This document shows positions 35,845 to 48,749 of a stretch of DNA of 64,000 nt, in pieces (position 1 is the first letter of the stretch; each line of letters begins with the position of its first letter). A model generated the notes under the pieces. It made no database searches, was not told where the DNA came from, and saw only the letters and a list, made by a program, of their open reading frames with translations. The position numbers and the translations under genes were made by a program. The DNA is from Eledone cirrhosa (taxonomy: Eukaryota), in NCBI GenBank assembly GCA_964016885.1, contig OZ024753.1, positions 21,018,001 through 21,082,000 on the forward strand, given 5' to 3'.

Positions 35845-37830
35845 CATCATCATCATCATCATCATCGTTTAACGTCCATATTCCACGCTTGCATGGGTTT
35901 GGACAGGAGTTTTCCCACTTGGGGCAAGAGTGGTTGTCTTGCTCGCATAGGACTGTCTGGCGGGTTTTCTACGGCTGGATGCCCTTCCTAACACCAACCA
36001 CATTTACAGCGTGGAAATGGGAGGTTTTTACCGTGTTACCTACACGACCACATTACAGCGTGGACTGTGTGTTTTTTGTCGTGACACCTACACGACCTCA
36101 TTTGTTTCGGACTGGATGTTGTGGTACCAACATAATTTTACATTGAAAGGGGTGGTGTGGATGGGGTGGGGGTAGTGGGACGGGTGGTGTATTTTGTTAG
36201 AGGTGCCTACTGACTGTAGTAGGTTTCACTTTGTACTTAGGTAAGGTGGGTCTTCTCTATTACTGTGTAGCGCCAAAGCTCTCGGTCCAGTGACATTGTC
36301 TTGGAGAGGTGTAAGTGTGTGAGGTCGGAATTTATCAAGTCGTCCCAGGTTTTTCTGGGTCTGCCTACTCCGTGGCTACCGTCTATTTTTATTTCCCTGC
36401 ACTTTTTTATACAGCTGTCGTCTTTCATGCGCATCACGTGACCATACCAACGTAGCCTTCTCTCGAGTAAACAACATCTGATCCCTCTTATTTCAAATTT
36501 TTCCCTTAGTTCGTTTATGCTTTGCCGTTCACGTATATTACTATTACACATCGAGCGGAGCATGCAAGCTTCGTTCCTCTCCAGTCTGCGTATATCCTCT
36601 GCACACAATGCCCAGGTCTCACTGCCATGCAACATTGCTGTTCGTATGCAGGCATCATACAGCCTGCCTTTCATTTTTAGGGAGAACCCTTTAGCGGCTA
36701 ATAGTGGTATAAGCTCTCTGAACTTTTTCCATCCAGTTCTGACTCTAGCTACTGTAATTTCAGAGCACCCAACCCCACTGCTTATTTTGAGACCCAGGTA
36801 ACGGAAGCTCTCCACTATTTCTATAGAACCATCTATGTAATGGAATGAGCTAGTATTCTGTGGGCACCAGAGCACCGGCCACATATAAAATCTATGTTCT
36901 TAGTTAGCTTACCTGTGATCCCACTACATCTTTTATGCACCCATACTTTGAATTTGGGACATAAAATGGAGTTTCTACCTACTCCTTTCCTACACACTGA
37001 GCATGGCCATTTCCCGGATGGGACCGGCGTCCTATTTCCCTTCCTACAAACTAGAACAGGTTAATTTTAAGGCCTTTTGATTCTAGGCCATGCTTCTATG
37101 TTTGGAATTTCTTCTCTAGTTCGGCCATTGATTCAGCTATGAGCGTTAGATCATCTGCGTATAGGAATTCCCACGGGCAGCCAGTCTTGAACTCCACTGT
37201 TATAGCCTGAAGGGCGATAATAAATAGTAGGGGGCTAAGAACGGAGCCCCGATGAACACCAACTTTTACGCTAAACTCTTCACTATATTCGTTGTTAATT
37301 CTAACCTTGCTGACTGTTTCTTTATACATGGCTTGTATAGCTCTCACAAGCCATTCATCAACACCTAGTTTTCTAAGAGCCCACCAGATAATGGAACGGG
37401 GGACTCTGTCGAAGGCTTTCTCCAAGTCGACAAAAGCTAAGTATAGGGGTTTACTTTTAGCTAGGTACTTCTCCTGTAGTTATCGTACAATGAAAAGAGC
37501 GTCTGTGGTACTTTTGCCTGACACAAACCCGAACTGCATTTCATCTAGATCAATTCTCTCTCTGATTAGTTGCGCTATAACTTTTTCTGTGGCCTTCATG
37601 ACCTGGTCGATTAATTTAATGCCTCTATAGTTACTCCTATCTAGGGCATCTCCTTTACCCTTGTAGCAGTTAATGATGATGCTGCTACGCCAGTCCTTCG
37701 GAACAACCCCATTCTGTATGACTTGGTTTACTATCCGGGTGACCATGGTGTTCCCACCATTCCAGAAGCTTTCAGCATTTCAGCAACTATTTCCGAAGGC
37801 CCAGCCGCCTTACCCGTCTTCATATCTTTG
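35843..37830 (-). pseudogene. RTE LINE (PHD-like group), 5'-truncated and decayed
   Basis: ORF pieces 37480-37746, 37096-37425 (YADD) and 36237-36884; full 3' tail with (ATG)n. Confidence 0.93.
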
Positions 37831-38682
37831 ATATATATATATATAGGAAAAAGTATGACCCCAACGGCAGAGCTCAAGCCGTCTCGACGGCTATTTTTGG
37901 ACTAAATTAGAATTTTTAGCCTGGTGAATAAATAGCCGAACTTTTCAAGGGGGTACTTCCTTATATGGGAAGATTGTAGTTGTCAAGACGATTGGTTAAA
38001 ATTTTTTGTAAACACAAATAAGTCTATCATGGCATTTGGGGGTAGGGGTGGCTGAACTTGCCTGTAGAACAATAGGGGAGTGAGTGGAGCTGTCAAGCAT
38101 TGAAAGTGATATGTATACATCAGATTCTAAGGATAGTGTATGAAGTGGGGGAGGGAGGTTATAGAATAGGTAAATCAAAAGAGAGTAGGAGACAATAAAA
38201 GATACTAAGAAGGAAATAAAAAAAATAAAAAATATAAAAAATTAGGTAGTGAAAATGAATAAAGAAATCACAATGCTATCTTACAATTACAGGTTAATAA
38301 GTTGAGAATAGAAAAAAACTTATAGAAATTACAAAACAGATACAAACTTAAAGGGGTTTTTAACACATCTGCTATAAGTAGTTAGTAAAACGTATTCGGC
38401 CAATTCTATCTTAAAATAACAGGGGGGGGGGGGGGGCTGATGCTACAAGGCCCGATGGACTGCATCAGGGTAGGCGAAAGGGGAAAGCAGATGAGGAAGA
38501 AAATAGAGGGTGGAAGGAAGTGATAGGATGAGACAGGGGGAAGAAGGAGACAAAGAGAAAAAAAAAAGAGATACATTTACCTATGGAAGCTGGTGTTTCC
38601 CCTAACTTATTCGGCAAGTGTGTGTGTGTGTGTGGGGGGGGGGGGTTAGTGTATATGTATATGTATATATGTGTATATATAT

Positions 38683-38766
38683 ATGATGGCTGCCCCCTCG
38701 TTATCGAGTATGGCCATTGCACAATAAAAAAAAAAAAAAATAAAATAAAAAAATAAAAAAAAAAAA

Positions 38767-38809
<43 letters not shown>

Positions 38810-38885
38810 GCAATAATAATAATAACGACAACAACAATAATATACATATTCATATATATATACACACACACGCACGCACATAAGC

Positions 38886-38923
<38 letters not shown>

Positions 38924-41900
38924 GATAGCAACTAACAGTGCTGCGATCGAATGTGGCTTTTTAGCCCAGCCAATGATCCAAAATGTCTTGCACAGAGTCG
39001 GCAACCAAAACATTTACTGGGAATAGTCGGCTGTGGTTGGAGTTCGTGTACTTTTGCATGTCGCTTGAGTCCTCCTGCTGATTTACATTCTCTACCACAT
39101 GTTTGGCAAGCATGATGAGTAGCATCTCCAACAGCAGCCTGGTAGTCAACCACTGGTCTTACTTTATGACTGCGAAGATGACTTTCGAGTCCAGCTTTGC
39201 TTAGGCAGAGTCTCGCACAGACGCTGCATGTCAGAAACATAGGAGGACCCTCGCCGTCTGGAAGTGCAACAGCAATACCCTTCCTCACGTCCCGCTTTAC
39301 TTTCTCGTGTGCGATTCGAGATGCCTCAAAGGCAACTTTTCCCTCATATACAGTCTTTCTCCATTTATTACGATCAGCAGCAATATTTTCCCATGTATCA
39401 GCAGAGATGTTAGCGTCTTTCAGAGAGGCCTTCAAGGAATCCTTATACCTCTTTTTTGGTTTATGTGGCGGTCGTTTTCCTTTAACCAACTCTCCATAGA
39501 AGAGTTGTTTTGGTATTCTAGAATCCTTCATCCTGGCAAGGTGACCACTCCAACGGAGTCGCTGCTTAAGCACAAGAGCTTCTATACTGTCACACATAGA
39601 GCTTTCCAAAATCTCGACATCACTGATGTGGTCCCTCCAGCGAACGCCATGTATCCGTCTGAGACACATCTGATGGAAACGCTCCAATTGCTTAAGGTGG
39701 CGTCGATATGTGACCCAGGTCTCGCAGGCATAAAGAAGACAAGAGAGTACACATGCCCTGTACACCCTTACCTTTGTCCTCCTGCATATGTCTCGCCGAC
39801 CCCAGAGTCGCCTTTCTAGCTTTCCGAAAGCATCACTTGCTTTCCTAATCCTAAGTGAGATTTCACCGTCAAGGTTGCCGTATCGATTGACAGTGCTTCC
39901 CAGGTAGACAAACTGATCAACCACTCCAAGTCGTTTGCCATACACATAGATGTTTGGTTCAGTGTACTGCCTACCAGGTGCAGGTTGGTACATGACGACG
40001 GTTTTCTTGAGACTGACAGTCAAACCCAGGGCAGTGCAAGCGTCAGAAAATACATTCAAAATGTGCTGCATATCACTCTCTGTGTGCGCTACAAGATCGC
40101 AATCATCTGCATACAAGAGGTCTCTTATGACTGATGTAAATACTTTTGTCTTCGCAGCAAAGCGCCTGATGTTAAATATGCTGCCTGAGGTTCGATATCG
40201 GATGTAAACACCATGCTCGCAATTCCTGAATGCAACACAGAAAACCATTGCAAAGTATATGGCAAACAGGGTCGGTGCTGGAATATCCCCCTGTTTCACT
40301 CCATTTTTTACTGAGATAGGCTCCGACATGTTACCTCCGACATTAACCCAAGCCTTCATGTCGTCATGGAAAGACCTAACTAAAGCAAGGAACTTATCAG
40401 GGCAACCAAGTTTCTGGAGAACCTTCCATAATGCATCTCTGTTGACAGTATCGAAAGCCTTTGTCAGATCGACAAAAACCTGATACAGATCCAAGCCCTG
40501 TTCAATGCACTTCTCCTGGAGCTGTCTAGCTGAGAAGATCATATCAGTAGTGCCGCGTCCAACACGAAAACCAGATTGACTTTCAGGAAGGACACAATCT
40601 GCAATGTGTGTCAGCAGACGGTCCAGAAGCACCCTACATAAAACTTTCCCCACGACAGAAAGCAATGATATACCTCTGTAGTTCCCACAATCATTCCTGT
40701 TACCCTTTCCCTTGTACAAGACCACCATTACTGCATCTCTCCAGTCCCCAGGCACGGATTCATTAGCCCATATCCTTCCAAACAGAGAGTGAAGATGTTG
40801 CAGGAGTCTCTCACCACCATATTGTAGGAGCTCAGCATGTATGCCATCCATACCTGGAGATCTTCCACTGTTCAGCTTCGAAATAGCCACTGCAACCTCC
40901 ACAAGTGTCGGAGGCTCTGCGAGAGCTACTTTCACAGGACTTTCCGGAATGAGATTGAGGAAATCTTCACTGACGACAGACGGCTGATTCAAAAGATCAT
41001 CAAAGTGCTCCCGCCACCTTCGTAGAATTCCCTGTGAGTCACGAAGAAGTTCTTTGCCATCCTTGCTGCGAATCGGTGTCACCAGAGAAGAAGACGGTCC
41101 ATAAACCTCACGCAAGAGACTGTACAACAGCTTTGTGTTATTGCAATCAGACGCAGTTTGTATCTCACCAGCCTTCTCACTCCACCACTGATCCTTCATC
41201 TGAGAAAGACTCCGCCTAACACGTGATTTTACATCCCTGAGCTCCTCATGCAACGTATTCCTCTCCTGTGGTCTTGCCGTCAAGTAGCGTGACAGAGCGC
41301 GCCTCTTATCAGCCAACAAGTCATCTATATGCACATCTTTCTCATTAAACCAGTCCTGATGTTTTCTCTGCACCAATCCCAGAACACGTCTGCCTACATC
41401 ATAAACCGACTTTTTAAGGGTCGGCCAATCCTCACCAAAATCTGCAGCCTGCATCTCTTCTTCCAATGTCCTCTTCACATTTTTATCCTTAAGACGAGCA
41501 GCATTCAATCTTTTGGGCAGGGTAACACCAGGAGCCCGGATTTTACGTTTGGTGATTAGATTCACTTTTGCGCGTACCAGGCGGTGGTCCGTCCAGCACT
41601 CAGCTCCACGAAGAACACGAACACACCGCACATCCTGTCTGTCACGCATCCTGACTAGGACGTAGTCCAAAAGATGCCATTCCTTAGATGCAGGATGCAT
41701 CCATGTGGTCTTGAATTTGTTCTTTTGTTGGAACATGGTGTTGGTAACACACAGATCCAGCTCCTCACACATCTGCAGCAAGAGCATACCATTGCTGTTA
41801 CACTTTCCCACCCCATGCCTTCCGATTACATTCCATGTGTTAAAATCCCTACCCACTCTAGCATTAAAGTCACCAAGCACGATGACTTTGTCTGCCTGAG

Positions 41901-42880
41901 GGATATTTCTTAAAACACCTTTCAAGGCATGGTAAAAGGACAGTTTTTCTTCATCGACAGAATTCATAGTTGGAGCATACACACTCACCAGGGTAGCATA
42001 TCTTCCCTTGTCCAGCGGAACTCTCATGGACATAAGACGCTCACTAATCCCCACTGGGAATTCTTCCAATTTATTCACCAGTACAGTCTTAACAGCAAAT
42101 CCTACCCCAGCCTCTCTTCTGGTTCCTTCATCTCTTCCTTTCCAGAAGAATGTATATTCTCCACAAAATTCCGTAAGATGACCATCTCCAGCTAACCTCG
42201 TCTCAGACAAAGCCACGATGTCAAGATCGTAACGTCGAAGCTCCTTCGCAACAAGAGCGGTCCTTCGTTCAGGACGCTCCAAAGAATCCCTGTCAAGCAG
42301 CGTCCGTACGTTCCAGCAGCCAAGACTAAATGCCCTGTTTGGCTCTATTACAATGGCACGATGACGGGCGGGCCCAGGTTGTGATAACTTGGGGCCCCTG
42401 CCCTTATTGCCAATGATCTTTTTTGTTCCAGAACCCAAATTGGCAATTATCTCGTTTACATTGTTCTGGAACATCATTGAATTGGAAAAAAAAAAAAAAA
42501 AAAAAAAAGGGAGAAAAAAAAAAAAAAAAAAAAAAAAGTAATAATAATAGTAATAATAATAATAATAATAATACTACACTATTAATAATTATTAATGCAC
42601 TCGTGCAATGCCTGTGCGTGACGAATATTTTTAAAGTGAGGAAAGACTGTGCACTGAACCAATCCCACTCTCTGAGCGACAGTAGCTATAACCCGAAAAG
42701 AAGAAAAGATCAACATCATCGGTAACTACTGAGCCGCAGGTTTTATATCGGAGTTAACCCAGTTTCCTGAGATGCCTTCTCCTAGAAGAATACCCTGACA
42801 TGGGCTAGGGGTTCTTCACTCCCAGTGGTTTAACTGCGCGATCGGGCATCCAGCCCGATTATTTCTATGTCCCCGCGCAA
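38683..42880 (-). mobile_element. Probable full extent of the RTE element including UTRs
   Basis: 3' stem-loop ggccatactcg-ataa-cgagggggcagccatcat at 38683-38722; complex, structured 5' block at 42590-42880. Confidence 0.6.
38932..42477 (-). CDS. Intact RTE-clade LINE polyprotein: APE endonuclease, reverse transcriptase and three C2H2 zinc fingers
   Basis: 1181 aa with no stops: WNVRTL, LSETR, YAPT, GDFNA, LDYVL, TDH; NYRGISLL, QSGFR, DLTKAFD, GVKQG, YADD, YLGS; C-terminal CSVC..HLRSH, CQTC..HAKVH, CRLC..HIRSQH. Confidence 0.97.
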   Translation of the reverse strand: MMFQNNVNEIIANLGSGTKKIIGNKGRGPKLSQPGPARHRAIVIEPNRAFSLGCWNVRTLLDRDSLERPERRTALVAKELRRYDLDIVALSETRLAGDGHLTEFCGEYTFFWKGRDEGTRREAGVGFAVKTVLVNKLEEFPVGISERLMSMRVPLDKGRYATLVSVYAPTMNSVDEEKLSFYHALKGVLRNIPQADKVIVLGDFNARVGRDFNTWNVIGRHGVGKCNSNGMLLLQMCEELDLCVTNTMFQQKNKFKTTWMHPASKEWHLLDYVLVRMRDRQDVRCVRVLRGAECWTDHRLVRAKVNLITKRKIRAPGVTLPKRLNAARLKDKNVKRTLEEEMQAADFGEDWPTLKKSVYDVGRRVLGLVQRKHQDWFNEKDVHIDDLLADKRRALSRYLTARPQERNTLHEELRDVKSRVRRSLSQMKDQWWSEKAGEIQTASDCNNTKLLYSLLREVYGPSSSLVTPIRSKDGKELLRDSQGILRRWREHFDDLLNQPSVVSEDFLNLIPESPVKVALAEPPTLVEVAVAISKLNSGRSPGMDGIHAELLQYGGERLLQHLHSLFGRIWANESVPGDWRDAVMVVLYKGKGNRNDCGNYRGISLLSVVGKVLCRVLLDRLLTHIADCVLPESQSGFRVGRGTTDMIFSARQLQEKCIEQGLDLYQVFVDLTKAFDTVNRDALWKVLQKLGCPDKFLALVRSFHDDMKAWVNVGGNMSEPISVKNGVKQGDIPAPTLFAIYFAMVFCVAFRNCEHGVYIRYRTSGSIFNIRRFAAKTKVFTSVIRDLLYADDCDLVAHTESDMQHILNVFSDACTALGLTVSLKKTVVMYQPAPGRQYTEPNIYVYGKRLGVVDQFVYLGSTVNRYGNLDGEISLRIRKASDAFGKLERRLWGRRDICRRTKVRVYRACVLSCLLYACETWVTYRRHLKQLERFHQMCLRRIHGVRWRDHISDVEILESSMCDSIEALVLKQRLRWSGHLARMKDSRIPKQLFYGELVKGKRPPHKPKKRYKDSLKASLKDANISADTWENIAADRNKWRKTVYEGKVAFEASRIAHEKVKRDVRKGIAVALPDGEGPPMFLTCSVCARLCLSKAGLESHLRSHKVRPVVDYQAAVGDATHHACQTCGRECKSAGGLKRHAKVHELQPQPTIPSKCFGCRLCARHFGSLAGLKSHIRSQHC

Positions 42881-43144
42881 AAAAAAAAAAAAAAAAAAAA
42901 AAATTACTTATTGACACTTATACGTACGACATACACACACACGCATACATATGCGTGCACACAGCAACACTCACACACACAACAAACACACACACACGCT
43001 ACTCTACTCACTTACACGCACACACACACATATATATATATATATTACCGTCATTACTGATACAAGATTACCAGATTATGTCAACTGTTGACTTTCAAGA
43101 GTTTGTATAGTTGAAGCCGATCGTATTACAGTCCAGTATTACTA

Positions 43145-43256
43145 TAATTGCTTTACAGCATAGAGTTATGGCTCTCCACGGAGTCAACAAAAGAGAGTAC
43201 CAGTGATGCGCTGGCCAGTCGCTGGATCCGTGCCAAAAGCAGAAAAATTATTATTA
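43145..43256 (+). mobile_element. Diverged SINE remnant
   Basis: cagcatagagtta..agtaccagtgatgcgctgg..gtgccaaaagcagaaaaattattatt follows the layout of the 13047 SINE. Confidence 0.6.
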
Positions 43257-43384
43257 AAGTTGTTCTTAAGGCCAGGTCGCTGGTGATGGTGATGGCGACG
43301 GCGGTGGCGGTGGTGGTGGTGGTGGCAGTTGATGTTGTTGTTCTGTTGTGTGTGTGTGTGTGTGTGTGTGTGTTTTGTTATTTT

Positions 43385-43417
<33 letters not shown>

Positions 43418-44038
43418 CCCCTTCCCTTTTCTTTTTTTTTTTTCTTTTCCCTTCCTTTTTTTATGTTTTGATGCCGCTGTTGTTGTTGTTGTAATTGTTG
43501 TAAATGTTCATTTCAGTTCATTCTGAAGCTGTTGTTGCTGTAAACATTAGGGCCGGTGTTGTTGTTGTTGTAGATGTTGGGGTTGAAATCTGGTTGTTTG
43601 ACTGAGTGATGTATATACACACATATACATACACACACATATATATATATACATTCATCAGAGAGTAGAGAGTTTGACAACAGGTCGATGACTTTAGTCT
43701 CGATAGGGTATGGTATGGTAATGACATGTGATGGTGGGGAGAGAGTGTAGACGTTATTGTGGTGGTGTGGACAGTGAGATGTATCTAGTTCATTTGACCG
43801 TTTTCTTCTCTTAGCAAAATTTGAATTCTAGCCATGTTATATTGAGATGTAAGTAAATGTAAAATATAAATAAGGATTGCTCTGCTAAAATATACTAAAA
43901 TATTTGTGTAACTTCCACAAACTTCTGTCGTGACATTCCCGAGTCCAGTAACCAACAAATTGTTGTATTTTGATGTTTCAGAATACAAAAATTAATTAAG
44001 TACCGTATATATATATACACATATACATACATACACAC

Positions 44039-44070
<32 letters not shown>

Positions 44071-44223
44071 GTACACACATATATATATATACACATACAC
44101 ACACATACACATATATATACACATACATATATATATATACATACATACATACATATACATATATATATATATACACATATACACATATATATATATATAT
44201 GTGTGTGCATATGTGTATAATAT

Positions 44224-45429
44224 ATCATCATCATCATCATCGTTTAACGTCCATCATCCACGCTTGCATGGGTTTGGACGGGAGTTTTCCCACTTGAGGC
44301 AAGAGTGGTTGTCTTGCTCACATAGGACTGTCTGGCGGGTTTTCTACAGCTGGATGCCCTTCCTAACACCAACCACGTTTACAGTGTGGACTGGGAGGTT
44401 TTTACCGTGTTACCTACACGGCCACATTACAGCGTGGACTGTGTGTTTTTTTGTCATGACACCTACACAACCTCATTTGTTTCGGACTAGATGTTGTGGT
44501 ACCAACATAACTTTACATTGAAGGGGGTGGTGTGGATGGGGTGGGGGTAGTGGGACGGGGGTGTATTTTTGTTAGGTGCCTACTGACTGTAGTAGGTTTC
44601 ACTTTGTACTTAGGTAAGGCGTGTAGCGCCAAAGATCTCGGGCCAGTGACATTGTCTTGGAGAGGTGTAAGTGTGTGAGGTCGGAATTTATCAAGTCGTC
44701 CCAGGTTTTTCTGGGTCTGCCTACTCCGTGGCTACCGTCTATTTTTATTGCCCTGCACTTTTTTATACAGCTGTCGTCTTTCATGCGCATCACGTGACCA
44801 TACCAACGTAGTCTTCTCTCGAGTAAACATCTGATCCGTCTTATTTCTAATTTTTCCCTTAGTTCGTTTATGCTTTGCCATTCACGTATATTACTATTAC
44901 ACATCGAGCGGAGCATGCAAGCTTCGTTCCTCTCCAGTCTGCGTATATCCTCTGCACACAATGCCCAGGTCTCACTGCCATGTAACATTGCTGTTCGTGT
45001 GCAGGCATCATACAGCCTGCCTTTCATTTTTAGAGAGAACCCTTTAGCGGCCAATAGTGGTATAAGCTCTCTGAACTTTTTCCATCCAGTTCTGACTCTA
45101 GCTACTGTACTTTCAGTGCACTCTCCACCACTGCTGATTTTGTCACCCAAGTAACGGAAGGTGTCCACTATTTCTATAGAACCATCTGTGTAATGGAATG
45201 AGCTAGTATTTTGTGGGCACTTGCTGCTACTTATTGCACCAGAGCACCGGCCACATATAAAATCTATATTCTTAGTTAGCTTACCTGTGATCCCACTACA
45301 TCTTTTATGCACCCATACTTTGCATTTGGGACATAAAATGGAGTTTCTGCCTACTCCTTTCCTACACACTGAGCATAGCCATTTCCCGGATGGGACCGGT
45401 GCCCTATTTTCCTTCCTACAAACTAGAAC

Positions 45430-45430
<1 letters not shown>
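44224..45430 (-). pseudogene. RTE LINE 3' portion (PHD-like group; same subfamily as 35843)
   Basis: 256 aa [36 protein letters not shown] plus tail. Confidence 0.93.
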
Positions 45431-45462
<32 letters not shown>

Positions 45463-45485
45463 ATGTATATGTATATATATATGTG

Positions 45486-45580
<95 letters not shown>

Positions 45581-45686
45581 ATGTGTGTATATATATATAT
45601 GTGTGTGTATGTATGTATATGTGTATGTGTATATATATAAGTACCGTACTAAGAGTGAGAAATTAAATTTTGTTTCATTCTATTCC

Positions 45687-45737
<51 letters not shown>

Positions 45738-45778
45738 GTGTGTATATATATATGTGTGTGTGTGTGAATGTGTCTGTC

Positions 45779-46140
45779 GACACCTGGAATATAGCTTAAG
45801 AGAAATTTGATGATAATGATATGATAGGCACCCACAATTTTGAACTGGTCTATAGAATTCTCTTGGCCTTTGTCACTCTAAGTAGAACTTTAAAGAATTA
45901 GCTTTTAAAGAATTTCCCTTTTCTTTAAATCCATCAACCATGACCGACCTCCAACGATCTTATAGACACCTGAAATATAGGCATTGTTAGCTTAAGAGAA
46001 ACTTAAAAATAAGGAGTCACACCCCATTCTGAACTTGTTTATAGAATTCTTTCTGCCTTTGTCACTCTAAATATAAATTATAGCCTTAATGAATTAGCTT
46101 TTAATGAATTCCCTTTTCTTTCAACCAATGACCTCCACCC
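45779..46140. repeat. Diverged tandem dimer, ~185 bp unit
   Basis: acacctg.aatatag, gcttaagagaaa, tatagaattct, gcctttgtcactctaa and gaattagctttta each occur twice in the same order. Confidence 0.75.
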
Positions 46141-46451
46141 ATCCCACTCCCCACCCTCTCCTACCATCTGAAAAGATATAAATACTACAACATTTATTTT
46201 TGGAAAGCCAGATTCCTGATGATTTCTAAAGAATGAAACATATATATATATATGTATGTATATGTATGTATATATATGTATGTATATCCATGTATATATA
46301 TGTATATATATATATGTATATATATAAATGTATATATATATGTATGTATTATATATATATATATATGTATATATATAAATATATATATATATGTATGTAT
46401 TACATGTATGTATATATATGTATGTATATGTATGTAGTATATGTATGTATG

Positions 46452-46484
<33 letters not shown>

Positions 46485-46540
46485 GTATATATATATATGT
46501 ATATGTATATATATATATGTATATATATGTATATATATAT

Positions 46541-46641
46541 GCAGTCCTATACGAGCAAGACAACCAATCTTGCCTCCAGTGGGAAAATTCCCGTCCAAAC
46601 CCATGCTAGTGTGGAAGATGGACGTTAAACGATGATGATGA
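46541..46641 (+). mobile_element. RTE 3'-tip insertion
   Basis: cagtcctatacgagcaagacaacca..ccatgctagtgtggaagatggacgttaaacgatgatg. Confidence 0.85.
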
Positions 46642-46646
46642 TATAT

Positions 46647-48602
46647 AGTAGACCCTATAGAGGGGCCGGCAGTACAAGTCAGCAGCAGCGTAGTAAGTAA
46701 GGAAATCAAAGATATGAAGACGGGGAAGGCAACCGGTCCATCGGGTATAACTGCCGAGATACTGAAGGCTTCTGGGTTGGTAGGTCACACCATAACCACA
46801 TGTAGTGTTAACCAGGTAATACTAGAAGGTGTCATACCAAAGGATTGGTGCAGTAGCATCATTGTCAACTGCTACAAAGGTAAAGGTGATAGAGGAAACT
46901 AGAGAGGTATAAAGCTGATGGACCAGGTCATGAAAGTAACAGAGTTATAGCACAGTTGTTTAGGGACCGGGTGAAATTAGATGAGATGCAATTTGGGTTT
47001 GTGCCGGGAAGAGGCACCACTGATGCCCTCTTCCTTGTGAGGCAGTTACAGGAAAAGTACCTAGTTAAAAGTAAGCCACCCTACCTGGCATTCGTTGATC
47101 TCGAGAAAGCCTTTGACAGACTTCCCCGAAAACTAGGAGTAGATGAATGGCTTGTGAAAGTGGTACAAGCCATGTATAGGGAAGCAGTCAGCAAAGTTAG
47201 GATTAGCAATGAGTATAGCGAGAAATTTAGCGTACAGGTCGGTGTCCACCAGGGCTCTGTTCTTAGCCCTCTCCTGTTCATCATAGTCCTGCAGGCAATA
47301 ACGGAGGAGTTTAAGACCGGATGCCCATGGGAACTCCTGTATGCTGATAACGTCACACTCATAGCTGAATCTATGGTAGAACTAGAGAAGAAATTCCAAA
47401 CTTGGAAGCTGGGTCTAGAAAGAAAGGGTTTCAAAGTCAACCTGACAAACACTAAGGTCCTTGTAAGTAGATGAGAAATCAGAACCCCGATCCCCTCAGG
47501 GAAATAGCCTTGCTCAGTATGTAGGAAAGGTGTAGGTAGGAACTCCATTCTCTGCCCCAAATGCAAACAATGGGTACACAAGAGATGTAACGGGATCTCA
47601 GAAAGCTGAACTAAGAATGTAGCTTTCACATGTAGCAGCTGTGCTGGGACAGCAAGCAGCAAACAGCCACAGGAAACAAGTACCACCAATCTCTGGGAGG
47701 GCTCTAGAAACAGTAGACAGCTTCTGCTACCTAGGTGACCAAATTAGCAGCGGAGGTGGGTGTTCGGAAAGTACAATAACTAGGGTAAGAACGGGATGGA
47801 AGAAGTTCTGCGAACTACTGCCACTGCTAGCTACAAAAGGCTTTTCCCTCAAAATGAAAGGCAGACTGTATGATGCGTGTATACGAACAGCAATGTTACA
47901 TGGTAGTGAGACCAGAGCGCTGACTGTGGAAAACTTGCATAGATTAGAAAGAAACAAAGCCTGCATGCTCCGATGGATGTGTATTAGTAATATACGCGAA
48001 CGGCAAAGCATAAATGAATTGAAAGAGAGACTGAGCATAAGAGGAATCAAATGCTGTGTGCAGGATAGGTGGTTGCATTGGTATGGACATGTGATGCATA
48101 TGAAGGATGACAGCTGCATAAAAAAGGTGCAGAGCACTAGAAGTCAATGGAAACCGCGGGGTGGGGAGACCCAAGAAGACCTGGGATGAGGTGATAACGG
48201 CCGACCATAACCAATTACACCTCTCAAAGGCGATGACACACGACCGTGACCTCTGGCGTCACGCAGTAATACAGAAGACCCAACCCTCACAGGTACAAGC
48301 CGAAGCTGAAGCATATAGACAATATGCCTCCACACCCTCCCACTGCAAAGTGGTCGTGGAGGTGCCACGGCAAAAAAGCACCCAGCTCACACTGTAAAGT
48401 GGACGTGTATGTGCCACGGAAAAAAGCACCCAGCCCACACTGTAAATGAGGTTGTTGTTAGGAAGGGCATCCAGAAGAAATCAAGCCAGAATCAGTTCCC
48501 ATATGAGAAAGACAAGGTCAGCCGACCGAACACTGCCCACAACAGGACAACCCGTCTAACCCATGCTAGCGTGGAAGAACGGACGTCAAATGGTGATGAT
48601 GA

Positions 48603-48605
<3 letters not shown>
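46647..48605 (+). pseudogene. RTE LINE (PHD-like group; same subfamily as 27194), 5'-truncated and decayed
   Basis: KATGPSG, QFGFVPGRGTTDA, GVHQGSVLSP, YADN, several stops, full tail. Confidence 0.93.
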
Positions 48606-48641
<36 letters not shown>

Positions 48642-48691
48642 TAATGAAATGACAGGAGGCTGGATTTGTGTAAATCCTTGAAAGGTTTATT

Positions 48692-48749
48692 ATACTATGA
48701 TCATTTCAATGACCGGGTTCCGTATGAATCCGGTGATATCATCAGGTAT
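48692..48749 (-). ncRNA. Minimal type I hammerhead ribozyme candidate
   Basis: Minus strand: ATAC-CTGATGA-T-ATCACCGGATTC/ATACG/GAACCCGGTCATT-GAAA-TGATCA-TA-GTAT. Stem I ATAC/GTAT, palindromic stem III, UA cleavage site. Confidence 0.7.

Noticed and set aside
38437-38468. Hairpin ctgatgc...gcatcag with a CTGATG start
   Set aside because: Lacks the GA and GAAA boxes of a hammerhead; a short stem compatible with chance.
42590-42880. HDV-like ribozyme expected at some RTE 5' ends
   Set aside because: Hairpins are present (tcgggc/gcccga), but I could not build the nested double pseudoknot by eye.
45221-46709. Long YIYI/VCVC-type ORFs here and at 17721, 19457, 26028, 35509 and 43895
   Set aside because: Translations of (TA)n/(CA)n microsatellites with no coding signal.
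48330-48460. ~48-bp repeated units (cactgtaaagtgg..gtgccacgg..aaaaagcacccagc) resembling a CRISPR array
   Set aside because: Internal tandem repeats of the RTE 3' UTR; no unique spacers, no cas genes, eukaryotic context.
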